Below are positions 28,697 to 38,168 of a stretch of DNA of 64,000 nt, in pieces. Numbering within the stretch: position 1 is the first letter of the stretch; every line of letters begins with the position of its first letter. The notes beneath the pieces are model-generated. The model was not told where the DNA came from. It saw only the letters and a list, made by a program, of their open reading frames with translations, and ran no database searches. The position numbers and the translations under genes were made by a program. The stretch covers positions 5,936 through 69,935 of the IMG/VR virus record IMGVR_UViG_3300046474_000061; one strand, given 5' to 3'. Source of the stretch: a virus.

Positions 28697-29194
28697 ATGA
28701 CGACCTATAGAGAAAGGACAAAGCCTTGGGAAAGTCGAACTGCTTTCAAGAAGGATGCTCCTCGTCAAGAACAGAAGAAGACTTATTCTACAAGGACTGA
28801 AAGGATTTCTGAATGGCGAGACTGGTTTGACAATAACAATGATTGGGGTTGGACTTCAATGACAAGTAATCCAGTGAAGGACCCACTGAAAATAGACGAC
28901 AGTATTCCAACTGAACAGTTTTCATCATGGGATGATCTTCAGAAGGGTGATGAAATCATCTGGTATGATGAAAAAGGTGTTGACAAAAAGTACCATCTGA
29001 TCTTCGAGAAATATGGAAGTGTGGTGGAAGCTCGTGATAAGAATGGGGCACTAGGATGTTATTCTTCTTATATTTATCCTCATAAAGGTTGGGTTACTCT
29101 TGGTAATCCAGACAGAAAGATTGGGTGGAAAAAAGTAGTCACTGAACTACAGTACAACCCTGAACAACAGGGTGATACGGAAGATGATCTCTAG
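28697..29194 (+). CDS. tagged protein 14 (ends ELQYNPEQQGDTEDDL)
   Basis: ATG at 28697 after GGAG; tag at 29144-29194. Confidence 0.8.
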   Translation: MTTYRERTKPWESRTAFKKDAPRQEQKKTYSTRTERISEWRDWFDNNNDWGWTSMTSNPVKDPLKIDDSIPTEQFSSWDDLQKGDEIIWYDEKGVDKKYHLIFEKYGSVVEARDKNGALGCYSSYIYPHKGWVTLGNPDRKIGWKKVVTELQYNPEQQGDTEDDL

Positions 29195-29196
29195 TA

Positions 29197-29225
29197 TTGA
29201 CAACCTCAAATAGAAATGGTATAAT
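29197..29225 (+). promoter_or_regulatory. sigma70-type promoter for primase-helicase operon
   Basis: TTGACA, 17 nt, TATAAT, with TG extension. Confidence 0.85.
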
Positions 29226-29233
29226 TAAATTTC

Positions 29234-29473
29234 ATGAGTAAACTAGAAGAATTTCAGGACCTAATCAAATACGACAATAAGAGTGGACACCATCGTTGCT
29301 CAATCTGCAACTGCGTGACAAATGAAAGTATCGCCACAGAGATTGGTGACTTCCGTTCACGTATGTCCTTCACCCCTGATCCCAAAGACCGAATGCATGA
29401 TATCTGTATTGAATGTGCTGAGGTCATTCAAGAGCAGCGTGATGAGTATTCTTATTACGACGAAGAGGAATAA
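29234..29473 (+). CDS. small Zn-binding protein
   Basis: CSIC...CIEC. Confidence 0.65.
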   Translation: MSKLEEFQDLIKYDNKSGHHRCSICNCVTNESIATEIGDFRSRMSFTPDPKDRMHDICIECAEVIQEQRDEYSYYDEEE

Positions 29474-29476
29474 GAG

Positions 29477-31030
29477 ATAGGAAAGTGGGCTAAGACAGCA
29501 CAGCCTTGTCCCTGCGGTAAGTCATCAGATGCCTATTCCATTGACACAGATGGCAAGGGTTTCTGCTTTGGCTCATGTGGGGGTAAATTCTTTAGAAACG
29601 AAAAAGAAGAGGATATGGATAATACACAATTTAAATTTGAATTCCATGAACACAGAGGACTAAAGAGACGTATCCTAGAATTGTATGGGGTACAGACTAA
29701 GTTCTATGAAGGTACACCAATCGAAGATGCTTTCTTCTATCCGAATGGAAGTATCAAGATTAGGAACCTTGCAGAGAAGAAGTTCCGAACTCAGGGTAAT
29801 TTTACTGAAGCCCACTTGTTCGGTAAGAACGTATTTGATGCTGGTTCACGTAGAGCCATCACCATTACGGAAGGTGAATATGATACGATGTCTGTAGCAC
29901 AGATGCTAGGCGAAGAGAGTGCAGTTGTCTCTGTTCGTAATGCAGCAAGTGCCAAGGCTGATTGTATCGCAGAACATGAATATATTAATTCATTTGATCG
30001 TATTATTATTAATTTTGATAATGATGCCCCCGGACAAGACGCTGCGAAAAAGGTAGCAGCTCTATTTGACTTTAAGAAGACGTACAATCTTTGCTTGTCA
30101 AAAGGCAAGGATGCCAACGGTTATCTGACCGATGGTTTAATGAAGGAGTACTACGATGCCTGGAAGGGTGTCCGACGTTACACTCCTGACAATCTCTTGA
30201 GTACACTCAGTGAGTTCAAGGAAGCCCTTAAGTCTAAGAGGGAAGAAAAGCTTGCTGACTATCCATTCGAGAATCTACAACGAATGCTCTTCGGTCTACA
30301 CCGAGGGGAAGTCATTGTGGTTAAGGCACCAGAAGGTGTTGGTAAATCGGAGTTCTTCCGAGCACTCGAAAACCATGTGCTCAAGACAACCAAGCATCCT
30401 GTTGGATTGATCCACTTGGAAGAGGATAACGGCACAACTCTTAGAGCTATGGCCGGATACTTCTCTGAGAAACCAATCCTACATCCAGAAGAAAACTTTG
30501 AAGATGATGAAGTCCTCAAGATCCTCTCAGATATTATGGGAGAGCAAGAGAACCGATTTGTCCTTCACAGTTCCTTCGATGTTGAGGATGAAGATGCATT
30601 CATAGATAACGTAAGGTTTATGGTTGCAGCATGTGGAGCAGAGGTTATTTTCTTTGACCACATCTCTTGGTTGGCAACTGGTGGTGGAGACAAAGGTGAC
30701 GACGAACGTAAGCGACTTGACCGTATCTCTCAGAGGCTGAAGCTTCTGGCAAAGGAACTAGGGTTCTGTCTGGTCATGATCTCTCACGTTAATGATGATG
30801 GACTCACCAGAGGGTCTAGAAACATCAGTAAGGTAGCAAACACTGTTATCTCACTGGCTCGTGACAAAACGTCTACAGACGCACTAGAGAGGCTTAAAAC
30901 ACACATCCTTGTTGAGAAGGCACGACTGATTGGTTCGAAGGAAGGACCAGCCGGTTATGGCATATATGATGAGGAGCGTCTCATGTTGGTGGACCCTCAT
31001 AAAATGGGACTGGAGTTACCTAATGAATAA
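29477..31030 (+). CDS. T7 gp4-like primase-helicase, probable ATA start including Zn finger
   Basis: TOPRIM ITEGEYD and FDNDAPG; Walker A APEGVGKS; FFDHI; in-frame upstream CPC...CFGSC segment. Confidence 0.9.
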   Translation: MGKWAKTAQPCPCGKSSDAYSIDTDGKGFCFGSCGGKFFRNEKEEDMDNTQFKFEFHEHRGLKRRILELYGVQTKFYEGTPIEDAFFYPNGSIKIRNLAEKKFRTQGNFTEAHLFGKNVFDAGSRRAITITEGEYDTMSVAQMLGEESAVVSVRNAASAKADCIAEHEYINSFDRIIINFDNDAPGQDAAKKVAALFDFKKTYNLCLSKGKDANGYLTDGLMKEYYDAWKGVRRYTPDNLLSTLSEFKEALKSKREEKLADYPFENLQRMLFGLHRGEVIVVKAPEGVGKSEFFRALENHVLKTTKHPVGLIHLEEDNGTTLRAMAGYFSEKPILHPEENFEDDEVLKILSDIMGEQENRFVLHSSFDVEDEDAFIDNVRFMVAACGAEVIFFDHISWLATGGGDKGDDERKRLDRISQRLKLLAKELGFCLVMISHVNDDGLTRGSRNISKVANTVISLARDKTSTDALERLKTHILVEKARLIGSKEGPAGYGIYDEERLMLVDPHKMGLELPNE

Positions 31031-31150
31031 GTTCATTCTTTTATTTGGTGTTGTAGTAGCTCTTGCACTCATACTTCATGGGTGTGGGGCATTGCAACAG
31101 TATCGACAAACACAAGAAGAAAATTCTTTGTATAAAACCCTCCCAAGGGG

Positions 31151-31199
31151 TTGACAGTGTTTTGTACTAATGCTATAATTAAACTATAGGAACAAAAGA
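31151..31199 (+). promoter_or_regulatory. sigma70-type promoter upstream of the DNA polymerase region
   Basis: TTGACA 31151-31156, 17 nt, TATAAT 31174-31179; shares 26 nt with the promoter at 6339-6364. Confidence 0.85.
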
Positions 31200-31514
31200 A
31201 GTAGATGAAAACCTTAGATGAAATGAAAGAAGACTACCTAAAGACTAACCAAATTAAGTATATTGGTAGAAAGAAAAAACCTAAGTTTGAAACTTCTGAT
31301 ATCCTTACAGTATACTCTGGCCATACCATTGAGAAAGTACTTTAGTTATGGACTTCTTTTTTGTGTATATTATAGTAGGGCTTATTGTTGCCCTTTGTAA
31401 TCTCTTCTATCGAAAGGAAAGCACCTCAAGGTTTTATTTTCTTTTGTGGATTGTTATGTGGCCACTTGTGTTTGGCTACCTTGTATATGATTGGATTGAG
31501 GAAGAAGGTTAGTA

Positions 31515-32916
31515 TTGGCGAATGGAATATGGGTATTTGATTGTGAAGGAGACGGTCTTAATCCGACAAAACTATATTGTTTAGCTGCCTGTAGCCCCCA
31601 AGGCAAGAATGTATTTGTAACAAATGATTATGACAAGATGCGGAAGTTTTTATTGTCCGCAAAAGTTCTCATCGGACATAATATTAGGCGATGGGACATT
31701 CCCCACATAGAGCGTATCCTTGGTATTAAGATCACTGCTAAGTTGGTAGACACACTGTCTCTATCTTGGTATCTCTATCCTGAAAGGTTCAATCATGGAC
31801 TTGACGGATGGGGTGAGGATCTTGGTGTCAAGAAACCGGTGATCACCGACTGGCTGAACCAGACACAAGAAGAGTACGAGCATCGTTGTTCTGAAGACGT
31901 TAAGATTAACGTAATGCTTTGGAATAAGATGTATCGTTACCTCTTCGATATTTATGGATCATCTGATGGAGTATGGAAACTCCTCAAGTATCTCGACTTC
32001 AAACTCTATTGTGCCATGCTTCAAGAGCGATCACAGTGGAAGCTAGATATCGAGAATGCTGAACAAGCTCTTGCTGAGTTGACAGAGTTGCAGTCCCAAA
32101 AGATTGACACTCTAGCGAGAAAGATGCCACCAGTTCCTGTGGTGACATTCAAACATAAGCCCAAACGGTTCCTTAATAAAGATGGGTCATACTCGAAGAT
32201 GGGTATGGACTGGATGGCTCTACTGTCAGAGAGAAAGCTTCCACCAAGTCATGAGGAACCAATCGAGATTACCAAGGGGTATGAACAAGGTAATCCGAAC
32301 TCTACTTCGCAGATAAAAGATTGGCTTACTACTTTGGGGTGGGTCCCAAGGACATTCAAGGAAGTCAAAAACAAAACGACTGGTGAGGTCAAGAGTAACT
32401 CTCAGATCAATCTTGAGCACGGCAAAGGAATTTGTGGTAGCATCAAGGCTCTGTATCCTAAAGAACCATCCCTAGAACTCCTAGATGGTTTGTCTGTCCT
32501 ACAACATAGGATTGGCATCCTCAAAGGTTTCCTGAGAGATCAGGAGAATGGATGGATCAAGGCACAGGTTGCTGGTCTGACAAACACTCTTCGTTTCAAA
32601 CATACCACAATCGTTAATCTGCCAAAACCTGGAAAGCTATATGCAGATGGCATTCGTGCCTCTCTTGTTGCTGGAGAAGGTATGATTTTGTGTGGTGCTG
32701 ATATGTCTTCTCTTGAGGATCGTATCAAACAACACTTCATCTATCCTTATGACCCTGACTTCGTCAAAGAAATGATGGAAGAAGGTTATGACCCACATCT
32801 GTCCCTAGCACTATCGGCATCCGCTGTAACTATTGAGCAAGTGCTGAAGTATAAGGATGGAACAGATAAGGGCATCTCACCTACCCGTGATGTCTTCAAG
32901 AACGGTAATTATGCCT
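31515..32916 (+). CDS. family A DNA polymerase, exon 1 (3'-5' exonuclease and motif A)
   Basis: FDCE, GHNI..WD, CSEDV exonuclease motifs; GADMSSLEDR; ends KNGNYA. Confidence 0.92.
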
Positions 32917-33137
32917 AAATTTGGGCATGTAAAATCGTGTGAACTCAGGGAAACTCCAGAACGGACAATCCTGAGCCAAGCCCGAAAGGGAAGGTGCAAC
33001 GACTATCTCGAAAGAGAGTACACAGAAGTCTGTGGAAGCGCACGACACTCACAAAGAGTGATGATATAGTCTGGTCTATATAGGAATATATAGCAGCGAA
33101 AGCGGGTAGAGATTAACGACCTCTATCGAACATAACG
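32917..33137 (+). mobile_element. group I intron without ORF in polymerase motif B
   Basis: 5' exon ends in U with P1 AUGCCU/GGGCAU; intron ends in G; GACTA/TAGTC P7 pairing; splicing restores NYA-C-QYGSG. Confidence 0.9.
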
Positions 33138-33595
33138 GTCAGTATGGTTCAGGTGTGGCTCGATTGGCCAAGACTGCTGGTATCGACTTAGAGACAGCGG
33201 CGATGGTCCATGCAGCTTATTGGAAGAAGAATTGGGCAATCAAGAAGATCGCTTCGGTTCAGATCACAAAGGTCGTCAATGATCAGATGTGGTTGTACAA
33301 TCCAGTAAGTCAGCTCTGGTACTCACTTCGATTTGAAAAGGACATCTTCAGTACACTGGTGCAGGGAACTGCAAGTTATGTGTTCGACAGATGGGTAGAG
33401 TTCATCCTCGAAGTCAGAGAGCAACTCACAGGACAGATGCATGACGAATTCATCTTGTGCATTCGTGAGGGTTTTGAAGACCAATGTACCGCCCTCGTTG
33501 AGGAGGCAATGACTAAACTAAATGAAGAACTGAAACTTAACAGAGAGCTTGCCTGTGGTATCGCCTACGGTAAGAAATATAGCGACATCCATTAA
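33138..33595 (+). CDS. family A DNA polymerase, exon 2
   Basis: QYGSG, STLVQGTA, motif C QMHDE. Confidence 0.92.
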
Positions 33596-33607
33596 GGAAA
33601 AATTAAC

Positions 33608-34432
33608 GTGGATATCCTCGTAAAAAGCGTACTTAATTATGTACAAGCACAGAAGGGACACGCTAACAGTGTCCTTGCCGGAGGAGCAGTCAGGGACATT
33701 ATCCTTGGTCTTCCTCCAAAAGACTACGACATTGTTATTCCAAGTGACAATCACAGACAGATTGATGACCTAGCTCAGTCCATTGTTGCTGAGTTCGGTG
33801 TCACTGATATGGTCCTCAAGACTAAGGAGTATGGTGGAGACAAAAAGAAGAGGTCCAAGGTAGGGCGTGAGAATCCTCAACGACTCACATCTGTATGGGG
33901 CTTTACCTTCGAAGGCAAGAGGATCGATCTGATCGGACATCGAGAGGTAGATGATGAGGACTTCCCTCAGATCGTTATCGACAAGTTCGACTTCGGTATC
34001 AACATGGCATACGACACTGGTTCGTATCTTCATGAGGAAGATGGTCGCTTTGTTGAGGACGTAGGTTGGCGCAAGATGACACTCTACAATCTCGATGGGA
34101 TGGAGTTCCTTCCGAATGCCATTGGTCGATACAATACTCTGAATGCTCGATATCAGGGTGCTAAGGGTATTGGACTTAAGTTCGATGCTCGTTGCCTCAA
34201 GCTTGACCGTAAGGAAGAGCCAAAGGAATACTACGAGGCACCTAAGAAGAAGAACTATACTCTGACTGGTCTTGCTGGTGCTGGTGGTGGTACTGGTGCT
34301 ACACAGGCTGCGTGGAATCCTACTTCATTCACTGTCCCTGATTGGAACGCTGCACCTGCATGGGATGCTCCTGTATTTCAACCTGCTGTCTTTGAGGACG
34401 AACCTCAAGAAACTATTAACAACGAATTCTAA
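33608..34432 (+). CDS. nucleotidyltransferase (CCA-adding/poly(A) polymerase head-like)
   Basis: LAGGAVRDIILGLPPKDYDI; FDFGIN. Confidence 0.8.
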   Translation: MDILVKSVLNYVQAQKGHANSVLAGGAVRDIILGLPPKDYDIVIPSDNHRQIDDLAQSIVAEFGVTDMVLKTKEYGGDKKKRSKVGRENPQRLTSVWGFTFEGKRIDLIGHREVDDEDFPQIVIDKFDFGINMAYDTGSYLHEEDGRFVEDVGWRKMTLYNLDGMEFLPNAIGRYNTLNARYQGAKGIGLKFDARCLKLDRKEEPKEYYEAPKKKNYTLTGLAGAGGGTGATQAAWNPTSFTVPDWNAAPAWDAPVFQPAVFEDEPQETINNEF

Positions 34433-34453
34433 TAACTGAAAGGAATTACTAAT

Positions 34454-35026
34454 TTGGCAACTCGCTACCTCACCCTTCGCGGTTCGATTAAGTGGGCAAA
34501 GGTTTATGAACCGGATGCCTTTATGGGAGCAGAAAACTGGAAGGTAACCTTCTATCCCCGTGACGATAAGGAATGGGATAAGTTTAAAGCCAGTGGCCTT
34601 CAGTTGAAGGTTAAGACTGATGAGAATGATGGTGCTGATTACTTCCAGCTTCGTCGTCCTGTCAAGAAGGTAATTAAGGATGACTTGGTTATTTTCTCTC
34701 CACCGGAAATCACCGGTAAGGTAAATGTATCCTATCAGGATGCAGAAGGTAACAAGGTTCGTCAGTACACAAAGGGTGATGGAACTGTTGTCACTCGTGT
34801 AGGTGACCCAGTCGAACTTGGTAATGGTACTGAGGTTCTGGTTAACCTGTCGTACTACGATACCATCAAAGGTAAGGGTCATCGACTTGAAAACATCACC
34901 GTGCTCGATCTTGTTGAGTACATCAGTGGTGGGGCCGAACAATCTCAGGAACCAACGAAGGAAGCTTCGAAGGAAGATGTGGTTAAGGTCGATAAGAAAG
35001 AACTGAACGACGACATTCCTTGGTAA
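34454..35026 (+). CDS. single-stranded DNA-binding protein
   Basis: ELGNGTEVLV, RLENITVLDLVEY; acidic-aromatic tail ELNDDIPW. Confidence 0.7.
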   Translation: MATRYLTLRGSIKWAKVYEPDAFMGAENWKVTFYPRDDKEWDKFKASGLQLKVKTDENDGADYFQLRRPVKKVIKDDLVIFSPPEITGKVNVSYQDAEGNKVRQYTKGDGTVVTRVGDPVELGNGTEVLVNLSYYDTIKGKGHRLENITVLDLVEYISGGAEQSQEPTKEASKEDVVKVDKKELNDDIPW

Positions 35027-35317
35027 TCAACAAAGTTGAGTGATATGAACCACCTAGAATACCATATTGAATACGACCTCGAACTCCTCATGGTGTATGT
35101 CTCCGGACTTACATCAGATGGGTTTTGGGACCATGTAGTTGACTTTGACGAGGTGAATGATCCTGAGAGTTTTGCTCAGGGTCTAGCTGAGGGCTACAAG
35201 CTTAACGGCAAGTTCGCCACAATAGAAAGTGTATTGATTGAAGCTGTGGAATGAATTGAAGAAATGTATAATGATTTGCTCAAATTGTCATCGAATTCGG
35301 CATCATGGGGAGACTGA

Positions 35318-36037
35318 ATGAAACTCCTCATCGACGCCGACATACTCCTGTATACATCAGCAGCAACTCATGAAGAAGCTTTAGAAGTAGAGCCAGGATA
35401 TTGGACATGGCATGTCAAGGAGTACTTGGTATGGAAAACCATTAAAGATAAGCTGGCATTCTACATGGATCATCTGAAGGGCACAGAGTACATCCTGTGT
35501 CTTTCGGATACCACTAACTTCAGAAAGACTATTGTTGCTGACACATACAAAGGGAAACGTTCTAACCTACGTCGCCCCATTCTCCTAAAGAAACTCAGAC
35601 AAGATCTCATCGATCAGGGTGCAGTCATTTATCCAAACCTTGAAGCTGATGATGTCATGGGTATTATCTCAACCTCAGAAGAGAATTGTATTGTTGTTTC
35701 CTCTGACAAGGATCTCAAGACAATCCCCGGTCTATATTTTAAGGACTCTGAAAGTGGATTACAAACAATTACGACTGAAGATGCTGACTACTACCACCTC
35801 TATCAGACGCTCATTGGGGATGCCATCGACGGATATGGAGGCATCAAAGGTGTTGGACCGGTGGCTGCTCATAAACTCCTTAAACAACCTACTTGGGAAA
35901 CGGTCCTCAATGCGTACCTAAAAGCAGGTTATACAGAAGACTATGCTCTCCAGCAAGCACGTATGGCACGTATCTTGAGGGCATCAGATTGGAACTCAGA
36001 AACACAGGAACCTATACTATGGGAACCGGGACAATAG
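35318..36037 (+). CDS. T7 gp6-like 5'-3' exonuclease
   Basis: IDADIL, NFRK, YKGKR, LEADD, DKDLKTIPG, GDAIDGYGGIKGVG. Confidence 0.9.
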   Translation: MKLLIDADILLYTSAATHEEALEVEPGYWTWHVKEYLVWKTIKDKLAFYMDHLKGTEYILCLSDTTNFRKTIVADTYKGKRSNLRRPILLKKLRQDLIDQGAVIYPNLEADDVMGIISTSEENCIVVSSDKDLKTIPGLYFKDSESGLQTITTEDADYYHLYQTLIGDAIDGYGGIKGVGPVAAHKLLKQPTWETVLNAYLKAGYTEDYALQQARMARILRASDWNSETQEPILWEPGQ

Positions 36038-36217
36038 CGGGTGATCTAACAAAGATCTCTCAGATCCTGAATGATATAAGGGTAGTCGATAAGAATCTAA
36101 ACAGTTACTTGAACACTGCCATCTATGCACTTCATTGTGCAGTAAAGGAGTTAGACAATAGCAAAAAGGAAATTCAAGAACCCGAGTGAAGAGAAGTGCT
36201 TTAATGTACTTAAGGAA

Positions 36218-36553
36218 ATGGTTCCAAAGGTAACATACGAGACTGTTAAACTCCCCTACATCATCAAGCATGACTACATACCAGACTATGTCGTGACAAA
36301 AGCTGATGGCTCCATTGTTTATGTGGAGTATAAAGGAAACGGTAGGGCTTTCGATGCTTCAGTTAAAAGGAAGATGATTGAAGTAAAGAAGCAACATCCA
36401 GAGATTACAATCTATATCGTATTTCATACCAATGGGAAGAGTGGTTCCAGACGTAAGGATGGGACTTATATGAAACAAAGCGACTGGGCAGAGAAGCATG
36501 GCTTCGAGTATTGCATCGGTCGTGAGAACATTCCAACATCATGGTTTGAATAA
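36218..36553 (+). CDS. T7 endonuclease I-like PD-(D/E)XK nuclease
   Basis: YIPDY...VEYKG, KKQHPE, WAEKHGF. Confidence 0.82.
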   Translation: MVPKVTYETVKLPYIIKHDYIPDYVVTKADGSIVYVEYKGNGRAFDASVKRKMIEVKKQHPEITIYIVFHTNGKSGSRRKDGTYMKQSDWAEKHGFEYCIGRENIPTSWFE

Positions 36554-36812
36554 TGGATATTCTGACACATCTTTCATTTATTCCATTTTACCTTTTTGTA
36601 GGTTCAATGGTTATTGTCATTGCATATAATTATTTTAAAAAAGGAAATTAATTTGGCTAAGTATCAGATCCAGAAACCTATGTCTTATGACCTTTATGTA
36701 GAAGCAGATTACTTTGAAATCGAAGGTCCGACTGTTGTATTTTATGTAGGTTCTAAAAAGGTAGCTGCATTTAAAGAGTGGGTGTCTGTGGATACCATTA
36801 AGGACCAGCCTG

Positions 36813-37577
36813 TTGAGTAAGGTTCATTTGGTCCTCCCCGATCCCCACGCACACCCTGATCACAATAATGATCGAGCAGAGTGGATTGGTAAACTGATCC
36901 TAGATCTCAAGCCTGATGTGGTAGTTAACCTTGGTGACATGTTCGACATGCCATCTATGGCTGATTACGACAAGGGTAAGAAGTCCTTTTGGGGTCGTAC
37001 CTTTAAACGAGACATTAATGCAGGACTAGACTTTGATGAGAAACTTTGGGATCCCATCCGTAAGGCAAAGAAGAAGAGACCTTATAGTATCTTCACGGAA
37101 GGCAACCATGAGTTCCGCGTTAAGCGGGCTGTTAATCTCCAACCCGAACTCGAAGGTACTATCGGATTTAGTGACTTTGGTCTCGATCGAAACTATGATG
37201 AGGTTGTAGAATATGCTGGGAATACGCCAGGAATCGTGGAAGTTGATGGCATCCATTACGCTCACTATTTTGTGTCTGGCGTTATGGGCCGCCCTGTCGG
37301 TGGGGAGCATCCGGCTTATAGCCTACTTACTAAGGAGTTTGTATCCTGTACATGTGGGCATATACACATCACTGATTATTCTGTACGGACTACTGTTAGC
37401 GGTCGTAGGATCATGGGTCTTGTCGCCGGTGTTGGACAAGATTACGAAAGTGGTTGGGCTGGAGAAGTCAACAAGCTCTGGTGGCGTGGAGTAGTAATCA
37501 AGCGTAATGTAGAAGATGGTTCTTATGACCCTGAGTGGGTATCACTTGAACGACTTCGTAAAGAATATGGTAGTTAA
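36813..37577 (+). CDS. metallophosphoesterase
   Basis: DPH, LGDMFD, GNHE, GHIH. Confidence 0.88.
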   Translation: MSKVHLVLPDPHAHPDHNNDRAEWIGKLILDLKPDVVVNLGDMFDMPSMADYDKGKKSFWGRTFKRDINAGLDFDEKLWDPIRKAKKKRPYSIFTEGNHEFRVKRAVNLQPELEGTIGFSDFGLDRNYDEVVEYAGNTPGIVEVDGIHYAHYFVSGVMGRPVGGEHPAYSLLTKEFVSCTCGHIHITDYSVRTTVSGRRIMGLVAGVGQDYESGWAGEVNKLWWRGVVIKRNVEDGSYDPEWVSLERLRKEYGS

Positions 37578-38010
37578 GGAATGTAAAGCTTGTGGAGTTT
37601 CAAAAGAACTCCATGAGTTCCCTAAAGCTGCAACAAATAAATATGGTGTACACTCTTATTGTAAACCTTGTTATAATGCAAAACGTAAAGCGGGTTATAA
37701 GAAGGGTGGTTTCGTATACTCAAAGGATAAACAACTTTGGGCTAGATACAAAATAAGATTGTCAGATTTTGAAAAACTTTGGAAACAACAAAATGGTAAA
37801 TGTGACATATGTAATATAGATTTAACAGATCATTCTGACAAATCAAAAAATAATAGAGTAGTTGTGGATCATTGTCACACTACAGATAAGGTTCGTGGAT
37901 TGTTATGTAATGCATGTAATTCAGGAATAGGTTATTTCTTTGATAAAGTTGAAAATATCTTTAAAGCAGCGGCATATGTAAGCAAGCATAAGGAATTTGA
38001 CAGTGAATGA
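37567..38010 (+). CDS. endonuclease VII-like homing endonuclease
   Basis: CDIC, VDHCHTTDKVRGLLCNACNSGIG; AT-rich. Confidence 0.85.
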   Translation: MVVKECKACGVSKELHEFPKAATNKYGVHSYCKPCYNAKRKAGYKKGGFVYSKDKQLWARYKIRLSDFEKLWKQQNGKCDICNIDLTDHSDKSKNNRVVVDHCHTTDKVRGLLCNACNSGIGYFFDKVENIFKAAAYVSKHKEFDSE

Positions 38011-38168
38011 TGACTTCGAAAAAACTCGAAGGGATTTTAAGAAGAGAAATAAATATGCTGCTGCTCTAAGAGAACAAGGCGAAATGCGTGGAGCCTTCTC
38101 CCTGAAGGTAGTTGACAGTAGGAAACAAGATTATAAACGATCAAAGATGAAAGTGACAGACATCTACG

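Noticed and set aside
15892-29194. Tag repeats as a CRISPR array or purely DNA-level repeat (attC-like)
   Set aside because: Spacing is irregular (0.25-2.8 kb), copies are not palindromic, and variation is concentrated at synonymous positions in one reading frame
32857-33069. 70-aa ORF overlapping the intron as a homing endonuclease
   Set aside because: No nuclease motifs; it spans conserved ribozyme core sequence
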